64,000 nucleotides of DNA from Paraphysomonas bandaiensis (taxonomy: Eukaryota > Protista > Chrysophyceae). This document shows positions 47,495-60,268 of the stretch, one piece after another (the stretch's first letter is position 1; each line of letters opens with the position of its first letter). A program made the translations under genes and the position numbers. The DNA lies in the NCBI GenBank assembly GCA_965644295.1, contig CBFFRP010000210.1:124001-188000 (forward strand), written 5' to 3'. Under the pieces are notes generated by a model. It was given only the letters and a program-made list of their open reading frames with translations, was not told the origin of the DNA and searched no databases.

Positions 47495-50276
47495 TCACAG
47501 TGGCCCCTAAGGCGACTAAGCCGTTTATTAGACTATATGTGATGACTATCGAATCATCAATAAATATATGGAGATCCCACATTACTATATTCCAAATGTG
47601 CACCATCAGCTGGATCGTATTATTGAGTATGAAATCTTTCTAGACATTGATTTAACCAACGCATTCCACCAGATACCCGTGGTTGAGCAAACCTCGGCCA
47701 AACTATCGATTCAGACCCCATGGGGTCAATTCCAGCCATTATATGTTCCTGAGGGTATAGAACCGGGGAGTGGAAAGCTTCAACAAACCATTATGGAATT
47801 ATTTGGTGACATTGACTGGGCTATATGTCTGTTCGACAACGTTATAATATAGGCAAAGGATTATGATGATGCGTATAGGAAGCTCGACTTGTTCCTTGAT
47901 CGTTGCATTGAACACAGCGTTGTATTGAAATTTGCTATGACATGGTAAGGGAAAGAGAAGTTCATTTTTTTGGTTATAATTGCAGACATCATTCTTATGA
48001 GTCGGCCAGTGATAGGAAGGAAGCTATTTTGAAAATTCCTTTTCCAGAGAGTGGGAATCGCCAGAAAAAGGTGAGGTCAATGCTGGGTATGGGTGTGTTC
48101 TTTGCGCCGTTTGTTGAGAACTACAAGGACAAGGTAATGTATTTTACGGACCTTACAAAGCAAGATTTTAATTGGGACGAAACCATGTGGAAAATAGACT
48201 ATAGGCAGGAATGGGAAGACTCTATAAAACTGGACTTCAGGAGGCTTGTTCAGTCTTTTACCCAGACTACGAATTGGAGTGGTTCTTGCGTACGGATGCT
48301 AGTGAGTTCGGTATTGGAGCAGTCCTATTCCAAGTAAAACGCCTCGAAAATGGTGAAGTTGTATACCAAGTTGTAGCCATGTGTTCAAAGAAATTTTCAC
48401 CTGAAGCTATGAGATGGTCAACAATTGAGCGAGAAGGGTATGTCATCTTTTATGCGGTGAGACATTTTGTGTATTATCTGATTGGAAAACACTTTATCGT
48501 CCAGACAGACCACAACAATCTAAGATGGATGGAGGCGTCAGAAGTTCCAAAGATAGTCAGATGGAGAGTTTACCTGCAATCGTTTGATTTTGTTGTACAA
48601 CATATCAGTGGTAGAGAAAATACTGTGGCCGACGCCCTATCGCGTTTGTTAATGATCTCCATGGATGATTCGGATCATGATAGAACAATGGATGAAGAGG
48701 TGAAGATGATTGAACATTCCACGCCCTCATGAACGTATTCGACCTAAGCGTAAGAACCGTTTAATTAAGATCCCTAGAACTCTGAAATCCCCACATACAT
48801 GCGAGAAGTGTCATTGGTATAGATGCTGTGAAGATAACACCAGCAGGGAAGAACGGTGAATCACATATCCTGGTCATTGTTAATTTGTTTAGTAAACATG
48901 CATTTCTCAGAGCGATAATAGGCGTCACAGCGAAAAATTTAGCTGCCTCTGTGTGGATAAATTGGAGCAATTTTGGACATACTGACATGATTATCTCAGA
49001 TTTGGGTACCGACCTTACCTCGAAGTTATTCGCAGAGTTAGTTCAGTTAATGGGAATGCACCATGTATTTAGTATTGCAGATAAACATGCTATCGGTACA
49101 GAAAGGCCAATAAAGGAAGTGGTGCGACATTTGCAAGCACTAGTATTTGACACAAGGATCCAAGATATTTTCGATGATGTTACAAAGATTCTTTACGTAC
49201 AATACATTCTCAATGATAATGTGTCCTCTGTGACTGGATTTACGTCGTTTGAGCTTGTCTTTGGATCCGTGGACGCAGTATATAAGGACCTTTTGAATGA
49301 TTGTGAGGGGGAACCGTCCCACATGCTGCTAAAACAGCTTAATGAGAATCTAGCAGTGCTCCGAGAGGCTTCGAAGAAATTTCAAGATCAGTTGGTTGAA
49401 GAAAGAGCGAGTCAAGCGAGACTTATGCCTCAAAATATGTATGCGCCAGGAGATTTTGTCTTGTTTGATGTTGGTCCGAAACCACATCCTAAACTGGCGT
49501 GCCGTCATAAAGGTCCAATGCAAGTTGTCCATCAATACAAAAACGATGTGGATAGTAAGAATTTGATTAGTGGAGCAATAAAGAAGTTTTTGGTTGAGGA
49601 TCTTGAGCTATTCTATGGTTCGGCAGAGGAGGCTTTCAATGCTGCAATGCGAGATCAGGAACAGTTCATGGTCGATAAGACTCTTGGCTACAAGGGAGAT
49701 TGCAGAAAGAGGGCTTCGATGACTTTCAAGGTTAAGTATACTGATGGAGAATTTCTTGATATTCCGTACACCCCTGACATTCTATGCGAGGCGTACTATG
49801 ACTTCTGCCAGAGTAAGCCTTTCCTTTTCCATCTATCCTTGGACACGGATATGGCCACGAGATTCATACGCGACAAGCGCAAGGAAAACATTACCTCAGT
49901 ATCACCGGGAGATACAGTATATTATGTGGATTTGAGATTCTTTGGGGACCTCTTTTATGAATCCCTACAGCTTCCAGACTGGGAAACCTCTAGCTATGTT
50001 GTTCCCTTTACCTACCTCCGTTGGTATCACAAGGGCGGGAGTCGCAAGAAAATTACCGTTAGATTTGACCTCAACAAGCAATTATATGGCTTTGATAATT
50101 ATATGGTTTATGCGTGGGGTCGTCAATGGGAGTTCGATGGATCGAGCATGATTCTCGTAGATGATACGATCACCAAGCACCACCCCGAAATCCTCGCTGT
50201 GGATGGCCCAACCCAGGAATAGACGGGAAAGTAGGAGAAGGAGAGAGAGGGTAGTGTAAACCTGTGCAGGTTTAAA
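47495..50276 (+). mobile_element. Decayed Gypsy pol (RT, RNase H, integrase) with PPT and a vestigial LTR start
   Basis: DLTNAFHQ, TDASEFGIGA, QTDHNNL, ADALSR, integrase core and HKGPM motifs, with stops and frameshifts. A long PPT ends GGTAG then TGT at 50255. Confidence 0.9.
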
Positions 50277-52183
50277 GCAGGCTTATAATCATTAGCACTA
50301 TAAGCAACCTTAAGACAAACGTAGGAAAAAAAATTCCCACGTTTTGTGCCCAATCCTATACTTATCGTTTTCATTAATCCAGTGTTATTAAAACTGCGTA
50401 ATAATATTATAGTAGCTATACAATACTATTCTTATTGTTATTTTTTTTAAATAACAATATTGCAAGAATGATTTCAGGACAGTGTTCAGTACAACAAAAT
50501 TGTTATTACTGCGTCTGCACGAATCGAAATAGCCTCATCAATATAAAACATGTACAATATTAGCTAAGTAATATAGCGACAATAAAAAACATTTAAAAAC
50601 TTACACCAAGCACAACAACTACACTGAACGGTATTAATACTACCAGCATGGTACATAAGTGAAAGAGGGGTATACATGTCATAACTTACTCCTCAAAGAA
50701 CCATTAACCGGGGAGAAACTGTCCGAAAATAGTAAGATGAAGTAAATTGAATCACTAATATATATTACGGGAACTCACCTCCTCATATGCAACGGGCTGA
50801 GAGGAGTAAGAGGGTCGTCACCTTTGGTAGAAGTATGACCAGGTTCATCATCATCAACACAGTAATCTTCTACGTAGTAATACGCCACGGGACTAGAGGG
50901 AAGATGTGAAAGAGGGGTGCCATCACCAGTAGTGTGGTCAGACTGAAGAGCATCTCCAAGATTAGAACCTTTGATGAATACTACGAACGTGACAACATGT
51001 ACACTCTCTGTATATATGTGTGATGTGGGGTACATATGATTACATCCCATTACATGCGGCACATAGCACACCATGATGAAAATCGGAGCCCTTCTCATCA
51101 ATCGGGAACTCCTTGCCACAACCACCTCAACCCGCACATGTGGCAGATGGAGATGGGGTGCATACATCTGTACAGGGTGCAGTGATGGCGACGTCACCCG
51201 TATCGCTCTCACTCAGGCCCGCTGTTGTATCCTGAACCATACCTTGCAATGCATCTAAATCAGTCATGATATTACTATATCATACTCTGGCACAGTGTCT
51301 TAATGCGCATCATTATGTCTATATGTCTATATATATATGTATGTATGATATGTATATGTATACAGGGCGGATTCGAAATAAACGACAAAAATATCTTCAG
51401 CCGGGTGCTTGACTTCAGTCAGCAGCCCAGATGCTTTTGAGGTGGGCTCATTCCCGGATGCCTTTTTATTCGTCAAGTCTACACGATAGATACCACATAT
51501 ATATATGTATATATACGGCTCGCGTTCTTAATTTCCCGAAATATTTCAGTTTTTTTTTCAAAAATACTTTTTTTTGACTTTTTTTCATCATGGTTTTATG
51601 ACAGTCCGTCTGTGGGAATAAGTCGATCCAGCATAGAAATCGACCTTTTTTCGTTATTTCTCTGAAATATATTCGTCAAAAAACAACATGCATCAAAAAA
51701 GCCTGGATTTTTTTGCTGATATGTGAGGTCTAGTCTGTGATACTAGTCATTATTATTACAGATAAACCTTATATACAAGCAACATGTTAATAACACTATC
51801 GTTTACTATCAACTCGTGCCTTGTTATTGCCTTACAACACATATAATGTCAAACTTTGATAGCGGAATGTTAGATAAAAAGAATGGAAATCGTTGTGTGT
51901 GTGTGTTTTGATGACAGTGATGTGACTTACCTGCCCTTATACTACCACTGTCAATCCATTGATCATCATGAGCAACATAACTGTAGCTGGCAGTCGTCAT
52001 TATCCTATTCAAACCTATTTGTTTCTAGCTACTTGTGGTCTGAAATACAATGACTTAAGTCTATCAGTACGACCATCATTATAGGTAACAAGAAGTGAAT
52101 CAGAGAGTGATCCATCACCGGTTCCAAGAAGTAGTAGCAGGAGTAAGGAATCCACCAGCAGTAAGCTGTCTATTTCGACTGAT

Positions 52184-53483
52184 ACCTAGTGATGTCATAG
52201 ATAGGATCAAAGTTGGAGTGGAACATGTGCATTCGACTGAAGAGCAGGAGTTTGTTGACAATTTTCCCTATCGTCCACTAATAGGAGCGTTACTATACTT
52301 ATCTATGAATACAAGGCCGGATATATCATATGCAGTGGGAGTATTGTCACGATTCTCAACGAAAGTGAATATCACTGTATGTAAACTCATGATACATTTA
52401 ATGCAGTATGTACGAGGTACTACGGAAAAAGGCATTCAATATAGAGGGAAAGGTTTTGATCTTCAGATGTTCACGGATGCTGACTGGGCGGGTGACCCGT
52501 TGACGAGGAGATCAACTTCAGGTTATGTTATGCTTGGAGCTGGTGGGCCACTATCGTGGGGTTCCAAACTTCAGTCTACTGTAGCTACATCGACTATGCA
52601 AGCAGAGTATCAATGCTTATATAACGGATTACAGGAAATGATATGGTCTCGGGGGGTGACTGGAGACGTAGGGTTGAAAATTGACGAGCCCACACCATTA
52701 TTCCTGGATAGTCAAAGTGCTTAGGGTATATCGGAAAATCCAGTGCAACATCAACGATCGAAACATATTGAGATTAAGTATCATATGATTAGAGAGCATG
52801 TGGATCCCGAACAGTTTAATACAGCGAAATTAATTCATGTGAGTTGTCGACAACAGATGGCTGATATATATACCAAGGCTTTGTGTGGTCCAATATTCAT
52901 TGAACAGAGGGAGCGAAATCTTGGGAAAATTAAGACTACTGAACAAATTATCGCAGAGGTACCCAAGGTAAAGAGAGCTCGTCGTAACTAGTTAGGTGTG
53001 AATGAATGGTGGGAGCTAGCTATACCAGCGGAGTCATACGTCCACCAGTGTCCTATGAGGTTCGGTGGTTGCGTATCCGATAGCAATGTTCTTCAAAAAT
53101 TTTAGAATGGTTAACTACATCCAATTGAGTGGGAGTGTTGAGTGCAATATGATGTGATATATATTGTGCAATTGAAGTGAGTTAATAGTGTGCAATAGGT
53201 GAAGTCAACTCATAGGTGAAACGGGTGATTATAGTTACAAAGGAATTAAATTCAGTTACTGATGTATGACTATATTATACAAGATATAGAACTGACTGAT
53301 GTACATATGATAAACAGGCGTTGCTGAGGACAGATGTTTCACCAGAAGTTACACGAATATGTAGTGAAGTGTTCAGAATAATAATTATAATCACTTACTT
53401 GAAAGTGCATTGTGTTCAACATAGCAAGATTAAGGTTTACTTGTAGAGCAAAGTTAACTTCAGTGAAATGTCCAATTCTAACA
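52184..53483 (+). mobile_element. 5'-truncated second copy of Copia family 1 (RT end, RNase H, 3' LTR 53136-53483)
   Basis: Near-identical to 23251-24555 reverse-complemented. Premature TAG at 52722. Confidence 0.93.
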
Positions 53484-54054
53484 TACGTCATATGATTATT
53501 TCATTGAGGTGGAGAATTAAGAGTCATTGATTCACGTATATCCCTTAACGCGTGAATACAACACATACATGTATATAATGAATAATGAAATACCAAATAG
53601 ACTGAATAAGTACCAAACTATATATGATACGCGTCTGTACAAGATACGCACATGTGTGTGGTGCTAACGCTCTGCTCAAACGTATCTTGCTATTATACTA
53701 CTAGGCCTTATCATTCAATCTTTATCTCTAATAATAACAAGTGCATCTTTACTGAATACCAAGACTAGTTTTAAATCTTATTTACTCTAGTATAAAACGT
53801 GGAGAAAAAATCCCACGTTTCCATAATGTTTACTTACTACAACTACAGTACTCGTTTATAAATAATGATGATATGATTTATGATTAGTCTCTTGAGACCT
53901 ACTTGTAATTAAGCCAAAGAGAGAAAAGTAACTGACTTAAGATCAACACCTACTGCGAGATGAATGCAGAGGAGTAACAGCTCCCAAGTGACAACATGCA
54001 ACTCTTATTCCAGGATCTAGATCTACCATCGACTGTCACTTCTCATTCTTCTCA

Positions 54055-55224
54055 TCACGCCACAACACGGACAAATATCTTCCTCGAATTTTCCACAATC
54101 ATATTACCCTCATCTGGTATGATCTCTTGTACCACGGTGCAAGGTGTCCACACGGTGATCTTGACCTCCACCGGGGCCAACGCTTCCTCATGGTCCTGCA
54201 TGGAAAAATCCACAAAATGCCGACGGTCGTCAGTGTCGGTTGACAGAGTCATGGTTATGGACTCCAAGTTCACCGGCCCGCGGAAAATAAAGACGCGATA
54301 TTTACTTCGGTCCTCATTCGCTGGTATTACACCACGCATTTCGAAATCCAACACAAACCGAAACCTGACGTACACTTGGCCAATATTGGTCTTGAAGCAA
54401 AAACTGTATATACCTTGTGACATACAACGATTAAGCTGTTCTGCCTGTGCGATGGCATTTTCCACGATGATGGGGCGAGCAGAGTGTCGCATGTAGTTGA
54501 CAATTGTTTTTTCAACTAATTCGTTGTGAGCAATAGCTTTGGTTCCGGAGTAATTGAACAGCAAAAAATGATCGATCACAAGATTATTTACAAAACTAAC
54601 CAATGAGTTATCGGCATTACGAAAAATCCGCAAGTTGGCATAAGCCAACAACCGAGCCTCAACGTCAGCTTTCTCTTCGAATCCGACACGCTCATTGTGA
54701 ATGACCACAATTCGATGTTGTTCACCCACCATGGAAGTGATGACCTTCAACATCCGTTGGTCAAAGACAGATAACCCTTTGACCATAAATATCAAGACAC
54801 CCGGTGTCGCTGTGACGACTGATAAAACAGCAGGCTTCATATCAGCAGTGGGCGTGTGTCCCTCAAGAAGTGGCCTGTAGAGACCTTCCGTGTCAAAAAA
54901 TGAAAAGCTTAGTTGGCTTCCATCATCAAATTTGACCGGCTCTGGGCTGGAATAATGGTGTATCCCCAAAGTGATTCCACCTTCACCCACCCCGGTACGG
55001 ATGCTAGAAGAATCTATATGGAGTCTTGTCAAAATCTTTTTAAGAAAAAAAGATTTCCCGACAGTATTATTTCCGAAGACCACTAGAGCTCTAGATAGTC
55101 TATCAATTTGTTCGGGTTCAACAGGATGTGCATTTGGTAGTTCCGCATTGTCAGCAACATCTTCGCAAATGATGTCCTCTTGTAACGGCTGTTGAGCTCT
55201 TGGCCAGTCAAATATAGATGGCAT
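54055..55224 (-). CDS. P-loop GTPase (GBP/dynamin-superfamily-like TRAFAC) with a beta-rich C-terminal domain
   Basis: G1 GNNTVGKS, G2 TLGI, G3 DTEG and G4-like VVIHN. Intronless, 389 aa. Confidence 0.8.
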   Translation of the reverse strand: MPSIFDWPRAQQPLQEDIICEDVADNAELPNAHPVEPEQIDRLSRALVVFGNNTVGKSFFLKKILTRLHIDSSSIRTGVGEGGITLGIHHYSSPEPVKFDDGSQLSFSFFDTEGLYRPLLEGHTPTADMKPAVLSVVTATPGVLIFMVKGLSVFDQRMLKVITSMVGEQHRIVVIHNERVGFEEKADVEARLLAYANLRIFRNADNSLVSFVNNLVIDHFLLFNYSGTKAIAHNELVEKTIVNYMRHSARPIIVENAIAQAEQLNRCMSQGIYSFCFKTNIGQVYVRFRFVLDFEMRGVIPANEDRSKYRVFIFRGPVNLESITMTLSTDTDDRRHFVDFSMQDHEEALAPVEVKITVWTPCTVVQEIIPDEGNMIVENSRKIFVRVVA

Positions 55225-55732
55225 TTTATTAAGGAGTTTTTAACAACTGATTAAAGTATAGATGATGAGAGTTTTGTTGATGACAATGTATGGATAAGTG
55301 CATTCATTAGTTCGCCAGAGGAGAGAAAAAGATACTCCTGCATGGATGTTTCTATGCAAAATCTTTTAGGCCGAGGGGTAAAAAGGGGGTATATTTTTAT
55401 AGATTTTACCCAATTTTCCCTTTCACAAAAAAAAATTTGGCTCATGATTATGAAAAAAAGTCATATTTTTCATGCCAACCAAAGAATTTAATATCAAAAA
55501 ATCGTGTAAATAAAATTTTTTACATTGCAAGATCAAAGATTTTTATTTATTTTTAGCGACAAAATTTTTTTTGCACAATGCAGTATCTTTCCAAGAACCT
55601 GCTGCCCTCTTTTAGCTTCGTCGTACACACACACTCTCTCTCTATATATATATACACTCTCCAGACATAACACACCATCAAATACACGAGATCAATCATA
55701 ACACAAGATCAAAAGAGATAAATACAATAAAA

Positions 55733-56344
55733 ATGAGTTTAACAACTTTACTATTTCAAACTAATCAGGATGTTAAAGCTGATAGGGTGTCGAAACTTGC
55801 GGCTTCTTGTTTCTACGTCACCGAGCTCGTCACCATGAATCTCCGTTGTGCTTTCTCTCCTTGCTATGGAACACGCTATGAAATGGCATGGATGATACTG
55901 GGTGCAATACAACTATTAATTAATGTGATTTGTATTTATTTCATTGTAAGGGAAATTAAAGTCAGAATACCATATTCAACATTTGCTGTGTATTTGGGAA
56001 TATTGATTGTGGATATTTTATTAAGTGCTAAAACTACCTCAGCCATTACCGTCATGCAAATATTTTTGGACTTAGCCGGATACTTTGTTCTTCTTCGTTT
56101 CTGGCACAATGTGAGGGCCTATTCTGCAGCAAACTCTGTGCTGGAATCTTCCGAGATTCCGGTGTTCTTGGTACTCCATATTCTTTTCACGTTTTCGATT
56201 CTAGGGTGCGCGATTGCTCGTGCCAGAACGTGCGACTCATTTTCAGCTCTGGATAGTATTGGTGCTCAACTGGAAGTGTTGCTGCTGGGGTATTTGGCGG
56301 CGATCGTAGATGCTTCGTACACACAAGCCAGCTTGGATGCATGA
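55733..56344 (+). CDS. Hypothetical multipass membrane protein
   Basis: 203-aa ORF with ~5 hydrophobic segments after an A-rich leader. Confidence 0.55.
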   Translation: MSLTTLLFQTNQDVKADRVSKLAASCFYVTELVTMNLRCAFSPCYGTRYEMAWMILGAIQLLINVICIYFIVREIKVRIPYSTFAVYLGILIVDILLSAKTTSAITVMQIFLDLAGYFVLLRFWHNVRAYSAANSVLESSEIPVFLVLHILFTFSILGCAIARARTCDSFSALDSIGAQLEVLLLGYLAAIVDASYTQASLDA

Positions 56345-57167
56345 GGTTATTACTTCTGGGGAAGAATATCAGGCGCAATCATGTTCTGGTTATGACTGTG
56401 ATGTGGCTATTATGTCTTATCATTTCCGTGTGTTCGAGGACGAACGATTCCCAAAACTGTGTATTGATTGGCCGAGAAGAATTGTGGTAAAAAATACTAA
56501 AGAGTTATAGTAATAAGAAGTCGGAACAGCCACAATACGCCCAAAATGCACCGAAAAATCACATTATTTTTTCCAATCAAATACTGACTGAAATGCTATG
56601 CCAGTATACCATCTAAGCTGTGATTTATGCAAATTGTAACAATGGGAGTCTCAATAGACATCTGCAAACCGGTATATCCCCTAGCAAGCAGTGTATGTAA
56701 CAACTAATTGGCATGTTTAGTTTATCTGAAATGGACATATTTAAACGATAGAGACTTCATTAACTAATAAAATGTAATTTTAAATAATACGGAGGATAGC
56801 AGCTCAATAGCGACCAATATAAATATCTTACATCGGCTTCCTCAACTGCTTCAATGAAGATAATTAGGGGAAGGAGGAGCCCCTCTTTACCCCCCAAACC
56901 CCAAAGGTGCTCTTTCCATGATAATTGAGATATAGTTGAATTGGAATAATATGGCTCAATCACAGCGTTGAGATCAAGAAATAAAATGACTACTCACTAA
57001 CTTATCAACACTATATTATTATACTATACTACGACACACATCTTATTACACTTATCTGAATCTCTCGGGCCGGCACGAGCAGAGTTCGTGTACTTGTAGA
57101 CATGGTTGAAGGAACAACTAATCATATAGTAGTAGTCATGGTAGAAGGACTAACTGAAAGGCATATT

Positions 57168-57900
57168 CTAAACAAATGAGGGACGACTTGTGGTGCAATA
57201 GTCTCCTGCCCTGCATGCATCACATCTCGAAGCATCATGTGGTTTCTGTATCTCAGATTTTTCAGATTCAGATTCTTCAGATTCAGGATATACATCAAAT
57301 ACCCACATAATGTATGGGGCTACATATCTTTCGCATTTTTGGCATTCCTGATAATACTTTTTCGCAAAGGCATGGGCAGATATCCATATGCGTGAACAAG
57401 ATGAGCATCTGAACACTCCAAACCCTTTCTTTCCTTTGAATTCATGACGATACACCTAGTATCCAATCGCACCTTTGAAGGGTTTCACAGCACATACATC
57501 TGGCTCCAGTGGATGTTTACTTGCAGAATGCTGCTCTAATGCATGTTCAGATTGGAATATTACATCACAGTAATCACATTCAAAGTCATTGCAGCTGTAT
57601 GCTGCTCCAATGCATGCTGAGATCGGAATGTTTTGCAGAAGTAATCACATTCATTCATTAGCATGAACAGCATTCGTATGCTGCTCTAGTGCACGCTCGG
57701 ATCGGAATATTAGGTTACAGTAATCACATTCTGTGCTGCTTTAGTGCATGCTCGGATCGGAATAATATATCACAGTAATCACATTCAAAGATATAGACAT
57801 GCACTTCATTTGTGTGTTGCTCTAATGCATGTTCAGATATGTTGGTCACACGGATCGCATATGTAGGCATGCTTTGCAGCTGTATGCTGTTCCAATGCAT
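57168..57900 (-). pseudogene. C2H2 zinc-finger array + 3CxxC (ZCCHC24/ZAR1-type) domain, disrupted
   Basis: FGVFRCSSCSRIWISAH..QECQKC..KPHDASRCDAC is the 3CxxC pattern. About 5-6 upstream CDYC..F.SEHALEQH units carry frameshifts. In-frame TAG at 57458-57456. Confidence 0.8.
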
Positions 57901-58489
57901 TGCGTGATAGTGTTTCCATGTGATTGTAAGGGATATTCAGAGAATAATCTCAAGAATCCATATATGGATATGTGTTATATATATGTATGTCTCTTGCTCC
58001 CCGTGCATTTAGAGGATACCCACCCACACAACGATAGCGAAATATACGCATATGCTGGAAAACCCAGAGATTTTAGACACATGTTTGGACTAAAAATAAC
58101 ATTTTTCTCGATTTTTTTCAGCAGTTTGGACAATCGTGAGGAGCGAAGTCCAGACACCTCAACAATGTTGGAGTGTCAATCTCATGATCAGATTCCTCAT
58201 ATACAAGTTGAATTACCTCAATCACATCACGCTTATACAGTATGCCTACAGTAGATCTCTACGCTTATACAGTATGTGTACAGTATATTAATAGGGACTC
58301 TATATGCCACCCACAACACAGTCATTCACTGTACATAGCATCAGATAAATTTCAATTCTTAGATCTTCATATAGATACAGTCTTTAGTCTGATAGTCTGA
58401 GAATCACATACAGATAAGTTAACACTGTTATCATCTCTGTTTCTATCATCTCTCTCTATTCCCTCTTGTGATCTTGTCCCCTATGTCCT

Positions 58490-58900
58490 CTACTGCTTGA
58501 TTGATAGACTGTGTGCACTTGTATATGTCACATTAGTTGCTGTATACAGGCTGTGTGCTACCTGAGAGTATCTTTTCTCTCTGAGACCTTCCTTTAGTCG
58601 AGTGAGCTTGTCACCTTCCGTGAAATCACAACCTAGATTCTCTAAAACCGTGGTCTGGGTTTCAACGCTGTCGACGAACTCTGCTCCTGACTGACTTGAG
58701 GTAATCTTCATTAAATTGAACTTTGTGACCTCTACCTGTACTGTATACTTTTCAATATAAGAAATCCCTCTTCCAGAGAGCTGTTGTGTGCCTGCTTTTG
58801 GATGAGCATTGCACACTTCAATGATGAAGGAGTACGCGATCCGTTCCGGGTGTGCCAGAGTTTCTTCGCTTTGCGTAATCGTCTCTCCTGTGCATCAATC
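58490..58900 (-). mobile_element. Copia gag fragment related to 38995-39607
   Basis: KLTRLKEGLREKRYSQVAHSLY aligns with KITRLREGLLNEEYAPLNVALY. Confidence 0.65.
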
Positions 58901-59392
58901 ATTTGGGCTCCCGCTGGAACTAAATTAAGAAATCTAATATTGAAACTAGTATCATACTATATAACGCTACGAGTACTGTTTGTGCGTCGCCACATACACC
59001 AAGGTGCAATCATATAGTCGATGTGACCGCTAAACCTGATGACATTTTGATAAAGTTGCTTAAATTGAGTTTATGATGCGTTTTACAATAATTAATGTGG
59101 TAGATGTGAAGAGAATACATGTTTTAAAGGCATATTATTTCTAAATCAAATGTAAAATGGAACGGTTACGATATATACATAATATATGTATACTATTGTA
59201 CTATGTAATTGAAGTAAAGTTCTATCGGTAAATTAAAAATACTTGCAATCGATAATCAAGTGAGTTTCTGGCACGCTTACCTGCAATAATAGATGCAGAA
59301 TCAATTGCACTAGTGTCTATCCACTCCTGATAGTATAGAAATATATGACGAATAATAATACAAAAACACCACACAACATACCAGATTGAATA

Positions 59393-60268
59393 TGTAATAA
59401 CCAGCTATCAGGTTATTCTATTCTACAAGCTCTCTATTGTATATGCTTAAGTTTGTACATACTATCTGTGCAAACATAGATTGAATATTATTATTATTAC
59501 CATAACTCACACTGAGATATATGATGTATTATGACTATGACAATTCATGCTTATTATTGATATTTACATAATCATTCAAAAGACAAAGAGAGACATGATT
59601 ATCAATAATGAGACATAATGATGATACTGATGATGGATGATATATATATATGTTCTTATTATATATATATATTGACTTTAAGGCTGGAGAAGTTTACTGG
59701 AGAATTCCGGGTTTGATATCCACGCTGATAGATGTGTATTGCCAGATTATCCAGTAATACAGTTATACATTACGTATTTCCTTCAGTGCTTATTGGGGAT
59801 TGATTGTACTAAGGAGTACGAATACCAGGCTTCAACTACAAAGAGAATACTGAATGTATCTTCCCTTATACAGTTGTGATGAGTTATTATGATCAACTGT
59901 GTTAGACTGATGTGTTTGGTATTGAATATGAATGATGTTCATTCCATTGATCACGGAATCGTAGGTAGACATATTTATATTATTGATAATAAGATGCAAT
60001 TTCCTTACTCTTGAAATTGCTGGTAGATAGCATTGTAGTTGTAGACATATATTTGTTCATTGTGATTTGATTATATTGTTATTATTATGGAGGAGGAGAC
60101 TCTTGATAGCGCACAAGAGTCTACTAAATTCGAGTCAGTGAGAAGGACCCTCAGGCTTATGCTTGGAGGGTTAGACCCTTCCATTGCCAATGCCAGTGAG
60201 GATCAAATCCGGGATATAGGCTTGGCATTTGGGTTGTCTGAGATCGAATCAGAGACGTTGGTGTCTCA
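59393..60268 (+). repeat. 5' LTR (876 bp) of the probable autonomous relative of the tandem element
   Basis: TGTAATAACCAG...GTGTCTCA termini, colinear similarity to 2331-3204. Confidence 0.88.

Noticed and set aside
50775-51258. RING-like Cys pattern in a stop-interrupted minus frame
   Set aside because: Fragmentary, so a domain cannot be confirmed.
19977-55224. Endogenous giant-virus or Polinton insertion (ankyrin and intronless genes)
   Set aside because: No capsid, packaging ATPase, PolB or TIRs seen, and intron-containing host genes are interspersed.
58940-58992. Short dispersed repeat (also ~19258-19292 and 23093-23250) as a Helitron 3' end
   Set aside because: CTAG is present but there is no convincing hairpin or 5' TC end.
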